DNA of 64,000 nucleotides, taken from the NCBI GenBank assembly GCA_038209995.1, contig JBBQXD010000002.1, positions 136,428 to 200,427 on the forward strand. The letters are read 5' to 3'. The notes under the pieces were generated by a model, which worked only from the letters and a program-made list of their open reading frames with translations, did no database searches and had not been told where the DNA came from. Below are positions 47,024 to 64,000 of this stretch, piece by piece. Source of the DNA: Candidatus Limnocylindria bacterium. GTDB taxonomy: Bacteria; Chloroflexota; Limnocylindria; QHBO01. The position numbers and the translations under genes are program-made. The first letter of the stretch is position 1. Each line of letters begins with the position of its first letter.

Positions 47024-47303
47024 CGTTGACCATCGGCAGCTCGAGCTCGCCGAGGTGCGTCGTCTTGGCGCGTAGCTTGGCGGGGTTGACGCACGGGCAG
47101 TAGCTCTGGCGTGGGCACGAGCCGCAGTTGCCGTCGCACCCGAGGGTCGCCGCGTAGGAGCAGCGGACGCAGTCGCGCTCGCAGACGATGAGGTCTTCGT
47201 AGGGTTGGTCGGGGTCGCGGAAGCGGGTGACGAGTGGGAGTGAAGCTGCATTCGAGGCGGGGATCTCCGCCGGTGTTCGGCTGGGGGCCGTCAGCTGCTT
47301 CAC
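47010..47303 (-). CDS. hypothetical Cys-rich small protein (97 aa; 10 Cys)
   Basis: GTG start with GGAGGG SD 4 nt upstream. 'CERDCVRCSYAATLGCDGNCGSCPRQSYCPC' cluster. Its stop overlaps the putative TTG start of prfB. Confidence 0.35.
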   Translation of the reverse strand: MKQLTAPSRTPAEIPASNAASLPLVTRFRDPDQPYEDLIVCERDCVRCSYAATLGCDGNCGSCPRQSYCPCVNPAKLRAKTTHLGELELPMVNVGRG

Positions 47304-47495
47304 TCAACCCTCCGCGCTATGGGGGAGCAGGGGGCTCATCGTGGCCGCGCTCCGCGTGATCGGACCATGCTAGCGCCGTTCGCCGATCTCGCCAACCCCC
47401 TTTCTCGCGGAACCTGTACTTAGTAAAGGTAAGGAGTTGGGGTCACCCGGTGGTGGGGCACCGCGGAGCGCTGGATGCCGAGCGCGATGCCGGGG

Positions 47496-50354
<2,859 letters not shown>

Positions 50355-50409
50355 CGGGAGGCCGAGTATACGGCTGCCTGACCGATGTGGCTGGCGCGGG
50401 CCAGGCTCG

Positions 50410-51372
50410 TCAGGCGCGCTCCACCATCGGCTTGACCTCGCCGATCCACCGCTCGAGCGTTTCGGCGTCGTACGGCGCCGGCATCTCGGCCAGGAAGGTC
50501 GAGAAGCCGATCTCGCGGCAGGCAATCATATGTGCCGCGATCTCGTCGGCGGTCCCGACCCAGAACGTGTCGTCGTCCCTCACGTCGTCCATCGGCGTGC
50601 GGTTCGCCGCCATCTGCTCCTCCCAGGCCCGCTGCGCTGCCTCGTGCGTGTCCCGGATGAGCGGCTTGCAGCCGACGGTGCGCTCGATCTCCGCCTGATC
50701 GCGGCCGACCTCGGCGCAGTGGCGGCGCAGCACCTCGTCCTTGTGGCGCAGCTTCTCAATGCTGCCCATCGCGTTCCACATGTCGGCGTAGCGAGCCACG
50801 GTGCGGAGCGTCTTCCGCTCACCCGACCCGCCGATCATGATCGGCAGGTGCCGCTGGAGCGGCAGCGGGGCGTGGCGCAGGTCGTCCAGGCGATAGTGGC
50901 CATCCGGCGGCGAGGTCACCGCCTCGCCGCCGAGGACAGCGCGCATCGCCCCCACCGATTCGTCGAGCCAGGTCAAGCGCTCACCCGGGCTGTGGCCGAA
51001 CTCGATGCCATGCGCGGTGTGCTCGAGCTCGAACCACGCCCCGCCGATCCCGAGGATCGCGCGGCCCTGGCTGAGGTGGTCGAGCGTGGCAGCCTGCTTC
51101 GCGACGAGGCCGGGGTTGCGGAACGTGTTGGCCCCGACCAGCAGGCCCAGCCGCACCTGGGTCGTGACCTTCGCCCAGGCGGCGAGCGTCGTCCAGCCCT
51201 CGAAGATCGGCTGATACGGGTCGCCGAAGATCGCGTAGAGGTGGTCCCACGTCCAGAGGAAGTCATAACCCAGCTCGTCGACGCGCCGCGCCGCGCGCTC
51301 GAATGCGGGCCAATCGCTCGCCTGGCTCCAGAGGAGGATGCCGAGCCGGACGTCGCCCATGGTGTGGCTCAA
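50410..51372 (-). CDS. luciferase-like monooxygenase (LLM) family flavin/F420-dependent oxidoreductase
   Basis: 320 aa TIM-barrel LLM pattern ('[11 protein letters not shown]', '[38 protein letters not shown]'). Confidence 0.7.
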   Translation of the reverse strand: MSHTMGDVRLGILLWSQASDWPAFERAARRVDELGYDFLWTWDHLYAIFGDPYQPIFEGWTTLAAWAKVTTQVRLGLLVGANTFRNPGLVAKQAATLDHLSQGRAILGIGGAWFELEHTAHGIEFGHSPGERLTWLDESVGAMRAVLGGEAVTSPPDGHYRLDDLRHAPLPLQRHLPIMIGGSGERKTLRTVARYADMWNAMGSIEKLRHKDEVLRRHCAEVGRDQAEIERTVGCKPLIRDTHEAAQRAWEEQMAANRTPMDDVRDDDTFWVGTADEIAAHMIACREIGFSTFLAEMPAPYDAETLERWIGEVKPMVERA

Positions 51373-52427
51373 GTCGCGCCTATCCGGGAGGGCTCGCGCT
51401 CCTCGTCCGGCGCCGCGCCGTCCTCGGTCGCCGCATCCTCCGAGTCCTCCGACCAGAACGTCATCTCCTCGACCATGTCGACCTCGGAGCTGAACAGGGC
51501 GCCCACGCTCTCGCCGCGGTGAATGCGACGGATGGCCTCGCCGATGAGGGGCGCGACCGACAGGATGGTGACCTTCGCGTCGTCAACGCCTGCCTGGAGC
51601 GGGATCGTGTCGGTGACCACGACCTCGGTGATGGCGCTGTCATTGATCCGCTCGAGCGCGGCGCCGCTGAAGACCCCGTGCGTTGCGAGGGAGTAGATCG
51701 CGGTCGCGCCATCCGCCTGGAGCGCGCCGACCGCCTCCATGAGCGAGCCGGCGGTGTCGATCTCGTCGTCGATGATGACCGCCGTCTTGCCGCTCACCTC
51801 GCCGATGACGTTCATCAGCTCGGTCTTGTCCTGGTTCCCGACGCGCCGCTTCTCGACGATCGCCAGCGGTGCGGAAAGCAGCTCGGCGAAGTTGCGGGCC
51901 TTCTTCGCGAAGCCGAGCTCGCTGACGACGACGATGTCCGAGAGGCTTTTACCCTTGATGTAGCCGGCCAGCAGGTTGACCGCGGTCAGCTCGTCGACGG
52001 GGATGCTGAAGAAGCCCTGGATCTGGCCCTGGTGGAGGTCCATGGTCAGGACGCGGTCCGCGCCGGCCACGGTGAGCATGTCCGCGATGAGGCGCGCGGT
52101 GATGGGGACGCGCGGCTGGTCCTTCTTGTCGGAGCGGCCGTACGCGTAGTACGGGATGACCGCCGTGATCCGGCCCGCGGAGGCGCGCTTGAAGGCGTCG
52201 ATCATGATCAGCAGCTCCATGATCGAGTCGTTGACCGGGCGGCTCGTGGGTTGGACGAGGAAGACGTCCTGCTCGCGCACGTTCTCCAGCACCCGGACGA
52301 AGGTGTTCTCGTTGCTGAACTGGAAGACCTCCACAGCGCCCATCGGGGTGTGGAGATAGGCGCAGATCCGTCGCGCCAGCGCGCGGTTCGCGTTGCCGGT
52401 GTAGATGCTGAACTCGTCGGTGTACAA
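51369..52427 (-). CDS. prs: ribose-phosphate pyrophosphokinase with acidic C-terminal extension
   Basis: 'VFLVQPTS', 'ITAVIPYYAYGRSDKK' and 'AVIIDDEIDTAGSL' PRPP-synthase motifs. An extra acidic tail of about 35 aa. Confidence 0.85.
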   Translation of the reverse strand: MYTDEFSIYTGNANRALARRICAYLHTPMGAVEVFQFSNENTFVRVLENVREQDVFLVQPTSRPVNDSIMELLIMIDAFKRASAGRITAVIPYYAYGRSDKKDQPRVPITARLIADMLTVAGADRVLTMDLHQGQIQGFFSIPVDELTAVNLLAGYIKGKSLSDIVVVSELGFAKKARNFAELLSAPLAIVEKRRVGNQDKTELMNVIGEVSGKTAVIIDDEIDTAGSLMEAVGALQADGATAIYSLATHGVFSGAALERINDSAITEVVVTDTIPLQAGVDDAKVTILSVAPLIGEAIRRIHRGESVGALFSSEVDMVEEMTFWSEDSEDAATEDGAAPDEEREPSRIGAT

Positions 52428-52508
52428 GTCGCTCTCCTGCGGCTTTCGGATCTGCCCGCACCAGATTCTAGCGGCTCGCCGGCAGCCCTCGGGGCGCGGT
52501 GCCCCCGG

Positions 52509-55019
<2,511 letters not shown>

Positions 55020-55060
55020 CGGTCTGTTTTCCTACTGTGTCGTCAATGTCGTGATTGTCG

Positions 55061-55581
55061 TCATGCCGGTCGCTTCCGCGCACCGACGTCCGGCGGAACG
55101 CCGTAGCGGGCCTTCAGGTTGCGCTTCTCGGTCGGCGCTGCGCCGAGGAAGCGCCCCTGCGCCTCCGCGATCAGCCGGCCGTCCTCGCCCCGCACCTCGC
55201 CGGCCACGTGGTAGATCCGTCGTCGCCGATCGGTCACGTGCCCGGTGGCCACGAGCCGCTCCCCGGGGTTCGCCGGCGCGCGGAATCGGATCCGCATTTC
55301 GGCGGTGACCGCCCACGAGTCGTGGCTCGCCGGCGCCCAGGCCATCACCTCGTCGAGGAGGGTCGCCAGGATCCCGCCGTGGACCTTCTCCTCCCAGCCC
55401 ACGAAGTTCGCGCTCGGCACCCACTCGGTCCGGGCCGTCCCGTCGCCGAGCTCGATGCCGAGGTGCATCCCGATGGGGTTCTGCCCACCGCAGGCGAAGC
55501 AGTTGTGATCGGCGAACGCGTAGCGCCGGCCATCGGTCCCGACGATCGCCTGGCTCGAGCCGATGCTCGGCGAGCTGCTCA
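55061..55581 (-). CDS. PaaI/hotdog-fold thioesterase
   Basis: 'NCFACGGQNPIGMHL' and 'VHGGILATLLDEVMA' are the typical 4HBT/PaaI motifs. Probable GTG start at about 55581. Confidence 0.6.
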
Positions 55582-55830
55582 CCAGCCCTCTTCCTCGTCG
55601 TCGTACCCGCCGTACCCGCCGCCCCACTCGTCGTCACCGGAGCTCCGGAGGCAGTGCGCCGCGATGGCGAGCGCGAAGGCATGGCTGACGGCGTAGCCGT
55701 CCCGCAGCAGGTTTACCGCCTCGCGGCGCTCGGCAACGCCGTTCGCCTCGAGCAGCTCGCACCACTCCTCGATCGAGCGACCGGTCTTGGCGCCCACCTG
55801 GCGGATGTCAGCGGTGTGTCGCGATGGCAT
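55579..55830 (-). CDS. small DUF4287-like protein with Gly/acidic tail
   Basis: 83 aa 'DIRQVGAKTGRSIEEWCELLEANG...DGYAVSHAFALAIAAHCL' resembles DUF4287. Confidence 0.4.
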   Translation of the reverse strand: MPSRHTADIRQVGAKTGRSIEEWCELLEANGVAERREAVNLLRDGYAVSHAFALAIAAHCLRSSGDDEWGGGYGGYDDEEEGW

Positions 55831-55864
55831 CGGTCTGTCGTCTCGTGCGTCGGTGTGTGCTTGT

Positions 55865-58811
<2,947 letters not shown>

Positions 58812-59654
58812 CGGCCCCGCGCGAGGCAGGGTCGTACAGCGCGACCGGCAGCCCGTGGCTTGGGGCCTCGGAGAGACGCACGCTGCGCGGCACGACCGTG
58901 TCGTAGACCGATCCGTTCATGTGGCGCCGCACCTCGGCGGCCACCTGCGCGGACAGCCGCGTGCGGCCGTCGTACATCGTCAGCAGCACGCCGTCGATCT
59001 CGAGTCGGGGGTTGAGCCCCTCGCGAATGAGGCGAATCGTGTTCACCAGCTGGCTCAGGCCCTCCAGGGCGTAGTACTCGGTCTGGATCGGGATCAACAC
59101 TCCATCGGCCGCCGTCAATGCGTTCACCGTCAGCAGGCCGAGCGACGGCGGGCAATCGATGAAGACCCGCTCGTAGCGGCCGTTCAGCCCAGCCAGGCTC
59201 GCTGCCAGCCGCCGCTCGCGCGCCGGCACCGACACCAGCTCCACCTCCGCCCCGGACAGGCCCGGTGTCGAGGGCAGCAGATCCAGGCCCGCGATCGACG
59301 TGCCCACGACGAGCTCATCGAGGGGCACCCCGTCCATGAGGAGGTCGTAGACCGAGCGATCGAGCGAGCGCCGGTCCACTCCCAGGCCGCTCGTCGCGTT
59401 TCCCTGGGGGTCGATGTCGATGACGAGGGTGGGTGATCCGGAGAGGGCCAGATAGGCCGCCAGGTTGACCACGGTCGTCGTCTTGCCGACGCCGCCCTTC
59501 TGGTTTGTGCAGGCCGTGACCCTGACCACGAGCACTCCGCAGCGAGTTCAGATGGGCATCGCCATTCTACCAGTTTCGGCCCACTCAGGCCGCTTAGCGC
59601 CGCCTTATCGGGCTCGCCCGCTCGGTCTCCGTTCGTTGTTTCACGTGCAACAAT

Positions 59655-60245
59655 GTGGATAACCTCCGGAGGCGCGGGACGCGTCGCGCGGCCGCGTATA
59701 CTCGAGCGCAGCCGCCCATCCAACGGTCTCCGGGAGCTCCGGTCATCACCTACACCAGCGTCCTCATCGCCATCCTTGCCGGCATCGTGCATGCCGGCCT
59801 CGCGCCAGTGATCCAGGTCGCCGGCGTCTACCCGGACCTCGTGCTCGTGGCCGTCGTTCTCGTCACCGCAGTCTTCGGGTTCACCCAGGGCCTGATCTGG
59901 GCCTTCGTTGCCGGCCTCACCGCGAACCTCCTGGTCGCGGCCCCGCTCGGCAGCCTTCCACTGGCACTGCTCCTCGTCAGCGCCCTGGTGACGGGCGGCG
60001 GCATGCTGCTCGGTCGCCTGGTGTGGGTCTACCCGGTGGTCGCAACACTCGCCGCGAGCATCGTGGCCGACGTGATCGCGCTGCTCGTGTCGCAGCTGGT
60101 CGGCGACCCGATCAATCTCGCCGACGCCCTCGATATCATCCTCCCCGCTGCGGTGCTCAACGCCGTCATCGCCGGCATCCTGCTGCCATTCGTGCGCCTG
60201 GCGGCCCTGCGCCTCGGGGTTTTCGAGGAGCGCCCGGCGTGGTGA
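59655..60245 (+). CDS. mreD: rod shape-determining protein MreD-like
   Basis: Small polytopic protein directly upstream of mrdA-rodA. The true start is likely internal (GTG, 'VITYTSVLIAILAG'). Confidence 0.5.
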   Translation: MDNLRRRGTRRAAAYTRAQPPIQRSPGAPVITYTSVLIAILAGIVHAGLAPVIQVAGVYPDLVLVAVVLVTAVFGFTQGLIWAFVAGLTANLLVAAPLGSLPLALLLVSALVTGGGMLLGRLVWVYPVVATLAASIVADVIALLVSQLVGDPINLADALDIILPAAVLNAVIAGILLPFVRLAALRLGVFEERPAW

Positions 60246-60254
60246 GCCGCCGCC

Positions 60255-62168
60255 GTGGCTGACCTCAACGAGGGCCGCCTCGACCGGCCCCGGTCCCGCG
60301 CACGCTTCCTCGCCTTCGGTGCGACGGCGATCGTCATCTTCACCGCGCTCGGTGGCCGCCTCTTCCAGCTCCAGGTGATCGACGGAGCGACCTACGCGGC
60401 TCGCGCGCAGGCCGTGACGACCATCGAGGTCCCGATCGCCGCCGCCCGCGGCCAGATCTTCGACCGATCTGGCCGGCCGCTCGCCATCAATGTCCCGTCG
60501 TGGACGGTCAAGGCACGGCCGGCCGACCTTCCCGGTGCGCGCACCGGGATCGTCCTCGGTGAGGTCGCGCGGGTCACGGGCGTTGATCCGCGCGACCTGC
60601 GCCGTCGCCTGGACGCCTTCCGCGGGTCGCCATTCGATCTCGTGCCGCTCGCGCGCGGCATCGGCCGCGACGCCGCCCTCGTGCTGGGCGAGCGTGCCGA
60701 CGCGCTGCCGGGCATCGTCGTCGAGGCCGAGCCGATGCGCCAGTACCTCGACGAGAAGGGCAAGGCCGACGGGACGCTGCTGGCGCATCTCGTGGGCTAC
60801 ACCGGCGCCGTCAGCGCCGACGAGCTCGACGCCCTCGAGCCGAAGGGATACCTGCCCGATGACGCGATCGGCCGCGCCGGCGTGGAGCGCAGCTTCGAGG
60901 CGGAGCTCCGCGGGATGTACGGTGCCGAGCTCGTCGAGCGCCTCGCTGGCGGACGGCCCGGAAACGTCCTCGAGACGCTTCGGCAGCCGGTCGCCGGCAG
61001 GAACCTGCAGCTGACCATCGATGCCAACGTCCAGCGCGTGGCCTCGAATGCGCTGCGCTGGGGCATGAGCGCGGCCGGCCTCAAGCAGGGCGTCACGATC
61101 GTCATGAACCCGCAGACCGGCGAGATCCTCGCCATGGTCTCGCTCCCCTCGTTCGACAACAACAAGTTCGCCGGGGGCATCAGCGCCGCCGACTACCAGG
61201 CCTACCTCACTGCGCCGGGCCAGCCGCTCCGCAACCATGCCATCTCGGACGTCTACCCGCCCGGCTCGACGTTCAAGCTCGTCACCGGCCTGGCGGCGCT
61301 CGAGGAGGGCGTGACGACCGTCTCGCGCCGCTGGCCGACGTACGGCTGCTACCAGATTCCCGATGCGCCGAAGGGCCAATGCCTGTTCGACTGGAATCAC
61401 GCCGGCTTCGGCCCGCTCGACATCACCGATGCCTACGCGATCAGCTCCGACACGTTCTTCTACCAGATGGCCGTGAAGCTCGGGGTCGACAAGCTCGGCT
61501 TCTGGGCCGATCGCCTGGGCTTCGGGAAGCGGACGCAGGTTCGCCTCCCCGACGAGGCGTCGGGGATCGTGGCGAGCACGAAGTGGGCACAGTCACAGGG
61601 ACGCCCCGGCGTCTTCACCGGCGAGCTGGCGCAGGCCGGCATCGGGCAGAACGTCATCGCCGTCACGCCGCTCCAGCTCCTGAACGCCTACTGCACGCTC
61701 GCCAACGGCGGCCGCGTCATGGAGCCGATGATCGTCCGCGGCGAGGCGGACGCGAGCGGGAAGCTCACGACGGCGTACGACCCGGTGGCGCTCGCCAAGG
61801 TGGGCGCCAACGACGCCAACATGCAGACGATGCGGATCGGCACGCGCGAGGTGATCACCACCGGCCACGCCTACAACATCCGCGACCTCCACCTTCCTGG
61901 CGCACTGTCCGGGAAGACGGGCACCGCGGAGTTCGGGCAGCCGACGAGCGAGGGTGTCCTTCCGTTCCACTCCTGGTTCGTCGCCTACCTGCCCAGCAAG
62001 CCGGGCGCGACCGACGCGGACCTGGCGGTGATCACCTTCTCCTACTCGGCCATCGTGCCGGGCAACGTCTCGCTGGAGGTGGTGAAGTACTTCCTCCAGC
62101 AGTACTACCACCTCGACCAGGATCTGCGGCTCGACCCGCGCAACTTCTCGCTCGTGGCGGCGAACTGA
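60255..62168 (+). CDS. mrdA: penicillin-binding protein 2 (elongasome transpeptidase)
   Basis: N-terminal anchor; 'STFK' active-site serine motif (PPGSTFKLVTG), 'SDT', and 'KTGTA' motifs. 637 aa. Confidence 0.85.
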   Translation: MADLNEGRLDRPRSRARFLAFGATAIVIFTALGGRLFQLQVIDGATYAARAQAVTTIEVPIAAARGQIFDRSGRPLAINVPSWTVKARPADLPGARTGIVLGEVARVTGVDPRDLRRRLDAFRGSPFDLVPLARGIGRDAALVLGERADALPGIVVEAEPMRQYLDEKGKADGTLLAHLVGYTGAVSADELDALEPKGYLPDDAIGRAGVERSFEAELRGMYGAELVERLAGGRPGNVLETLRQPVAGRNLQLTIDANVQRVASNALRWGMSAAGLKQGVTIVMNPQTGEILAMVSLPSFDNNKFAGGISAADYQAYLTAPGQPLRNHAISDVYPPGSTFKLVTGLAALEEGVTTVSRRWPTYGCYQIPDAPKGQCLFDWNHAGFGPLDITDAYAISSDTFFYQMAVKLGVDKLGFWADRLGFGKRTQVRLPDEASGIVASTKWAQSQGRPGVFTGELAQAGIGQNVIAVTPLQLLNAYCTLANGGRVMEPMIVRGEADASGKLTTAYDPVALAKVGANDANMQTMRIGTREVITTGHAYNIRDLHLPGALSGKTGTAEFGQPTSEGVLPFHSWFVAYLPSKPGATDADLAVITFSYSAIVPGNVSLEVVKYFLQQYYHLDQDLRLDPRNFSLVAAN

Positions 62169-62171
62169 CCG

Positions 62172-63308
62172 ATGGGTGTCGTGAGTTCCACGTTCGTGGG
62201 TGCCGTCACCCGTCGCGGGTGGCGCAGCTTCGACGTGCAGCTCCTGGCGTACGTGTTGCTCCTCGTCGGGTTCGGGATCGTGATGGGTTACTCGGCCAGC
62301 CATAACGATCCCGGAGCGAACGGCGGCATCGCGCAGCCGGTGAAGACCGCGATCTGGGCGGCGATCGGGCTCAGCCTGTTCTTCGTGGCCGCCAGCATCG
62401 ATTACCACTGGCTCGAGCCGTTCATCGTGCCGATCTACCTTGCCGTGCTCGGCCTGCTGGCGCTCACGATGGTCATCGGCACCAGCATCTTCGGCGCGCA
62501 GATGTCGATCACCGTGGCTGGGCTCGACTTCCAGTTCAGCGAGGTCAGCAAGGTGCTCATGATCGTCGTCCTGGCGGCGTTCCTCGCCGGCCGGCGTGAG
62601 CGCATCGGTCGCCTGTCGACGATCGTGGGCGCCGCCCTGCTCATGGCCATCCCGACGTTCCTCGTCTTCCGCCAGCCGGACCTCGGCACCGCGCTCGTCT
62701 TCGTCGCCATCCTGGCCGCGATGCTGTTCATGAGCGGCGCGAGCATCGGCTGGCTCGCGATCCTCGCCGGCGTCGTCGTCGGCGTGGCCCCGATCGCGAT
62801 CAACGCGCTCCAGGGCTACCAGCGCCAGCGTCTCTTCTGCTTCCTCGATCCGTATGCCGGCGCTCAGGGCGCGTGCTACCAGCTTGTGCAGGCGATGAAC
62901 GCGGTGGGATCCGGCGGCCTGCTGGGGCAGGGGCTCACTGCAGGGCGCCAGAACCAATCCGGGCTGCTGCCCGTGCAGAGCACCGATTTCATCTTCACCG
63001 TCGTCGGGGAGGAGCTCGGCCTCGTCGGTGGCCTACTTCTGCTGGCGCTGTTCGCGCTCCTGGTCTGGCGAATCCTGCTGATCGGCTGGCAGGCCCGCGA
63101 CACGCTCGGATCGATGGTCGCGGTGGGCCTCGCGAGCATGATCCTGTTCCAGGTCCTCGTGAACGTCGGGATGGTGATCGGGATCATGCCGGTGACCGGC
63201 ATCCCGCTGCCGTTCGTCACCTACGGCGGCTCGTCCCTCATCTCACTGCTGTTCGGGATGGGGATCCTCGAGTCGGTGCGCATGCACTCCCGGAAGCCGA
63301 CCTTCTAG
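62172..63308 (+). CDS. rodA: SEDS-family peptidoglycan glycosyltransferase RodA
   Basis: 378 aa polytopic protein, 'DFIFTVVGEELG' ... 'GIPLPFVTYGGSSL' typical of FtsW/RodA. Follows mrdA. Confidence 0.85.
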   Translation: MGVVSSTFVGAVTRRGWRSFDVQLLAYVLLLVGFGIVMGYSASHNDPGANGGIAQPVKTAIWAAIGLSLFFVAASIDYHWLEPFIVPIYLAVLGLLALTMVIGTSIFGAQMSITVAGLDFQFSEVSKVLMIVVLAAFLAGRRERIGRLSTIVGAALLMAIPTFLVFRQPDLGTALVFVAILAAMLFMSGASIGWLAILAGVVVGVAPIAINALQGYQRQRLFCFLDPYAGAQGACYQLVQAMNAVGSGGLLGQGLTAGRQNQSGLLPVQSTDFIFTVVGEELGLVGGLLLLALFALLVWRILLIGWQARDTLGSMVAVGLASMILFQVLVNVGMVIGIMPVTGIPLPFVTYGGSSLISLLFGMGILESVRMHSRKPTF

Positions 63309-64000
63309 GCGTCTCGGCTCGGCCGCCGCCGCCGCGTCGTTGCGCGGGGGCAGCGCATCACCGTCCGCGGTGAGCTCGTCCTCGTCAGCTACCGCGTCGG
63401 CTACCGCGTCATCGGGCCTGCGTTCCTCGTGCTCCCGGAGCGCCGCCGAGCGCGATGGGCCGACGGAAGTGCCGGACAGGCGGAGGAACCCGTAGCGGTA
63501 GAGGTCACGCCCGATCGCGACCGTCGGCGCGGCGAGGATCGCGCCGCCGAGGCCGAAGAGCGCCCCGCCGAGCACGAGGGCGACGATCATCACCGCCGGA
63601 TGGAGCTCCACCGCGTCGCCCATCACCTTCGGCACCAGCAGGTTGTTCTCGAGCTGCTGGACGGCGGTGTAGAGGATCACGACCGCCACCGCCGCGGCCG
63701 GCGAGACCGTCAGCGCGATGAGGATCGCCGGGATGGCGGCGATGATCGGACCGATGATCGGGAACCATTCGAGCACGCCGGCGATGAGCGCCAGCACGAG
63801 CGTGAACTTTCCGAGCTCCGCAAAGCCGATGGCGGTGAGGATCGTCAGCCCCGCCGCGGTCGCCAGGAAGATCGACGCGCCGAGCAGCAGCTGGCCGCGG
63901 ACCCATCGTCCTCCGAGGCGGGCGAGGATGGCGAGGATGGCGTCCGCGTCCGCGCGCCACGCGGGCGGGAGCGCACCCTGCACGGCGCGTGGGAGGCGCT
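63243..64000 (-). CDS. AI-2E (PerM/UPF0118) family transporter, partial (N-terminus beyond window end)
   Basis: 'LEWFPIIGPIIAAIPAILIALTVSPAAAV...LLVPKVMGDAVELHPAVMIVALVLGGALFG' is typical of the AI-2E family. The 3' end overlaps rodA convergently. Confidence 0.5.
   Translation of the reverse strand, partial: RLPRAVQGALPPAWRADADAILAILARLGGRWVRGQLLLGASIFLATAAGLTILTAIGFAELGKFTLVLALIAGVLEWFPIIGPIIAAIPAILIALTVSPAAAVAVVILYTAVQQLENNLLVPKVMGDAVELHPAVMIVALVLGGALFGLGGAILAAPTVAIGRDLYRYGFLRLSGTSVGPSRSAALREHEERRPDDAVADAVADEDELTADGDALPPRNDAAAAAEPRRLEGRLPGVHAHRLEDPHPEQQ

Noticed and set aside
46955-47251. 98-aa frame-0 ORF upstream of prfB
   Set aside because: Only its last 22 codons are coding, as the pre-frameshift segment of RF2. 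The Ser/Thr/Ala-rich remainder is a non-coding read-through of the Cys-rich ORF region in another frame.
59184-61400. 738-aa minus-strand ORF
   Set aside because: Antisense to the well-supported mrdA (PBP2) gene. It is Arg/Gly/Asp-rich and low-complexity, a typical high-GC antisense artefact.

Overview
This is a high-GC (about 70%) chromosomal window from a monoderm-type bacterium. The gene content looks Actinomycetota-like, but a Chloroflexota or other high-GC lineage cannot be excluded from sequence alone. It spans the replication-origin neighbourhood. Origin-region genes: dnaA, dnaN, recF and a DUF721/DciA-like gene on the minus strand, with rpmH-rnpA-yidD-yidC-jag diverging from dnaA. Also present are parA-parB-gyrB, gyrA, prs, secA, prfB (with its +1 frameshift site), ftsE/ftsX, ctpA, smpB with a tmRNA gene, and mreD-mrdA-rodA. 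The left third is accessory-looking. It holds a truncated nuoN, otsA/otsB, a sortase homolog whose catalytic Cys is replaced by Ser, and a translationally coupled operon of a catalytically degenerate ABC ATPase, an ABC-2 permease and an MFS pump, next to an ArsR regulator. A phosphatidylinositol-mannoside (PIM)-like lipid cluster follows: a CDP-alcohol phosphatidyltransferase, ino1, two acyltransferases, a PHP-domain phosphoesterase and a PimA-like GT4. After it come three tandem, translationally coupled two-domain GNAT paralogs with an ABC exporter. The most unusual locus is at about 19.1-26.4 kb. It holds a 1,600-1,800 aa polytopic protein that fuses two GT-C glycosyltransferase modules around a periplasmic beta-propeller, a divergently transcribed DUF2723-like GT-C protein, and a polyprenol-phosphate-mannose-synthase-like GT2 that lacks a canonical start codon. 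Together these look like a lipid-linked mannosylation system. No CRISPR arrays, transposases or integrases were seen. Coordinates derived by manual codon counting may be off by 1-3 nt.
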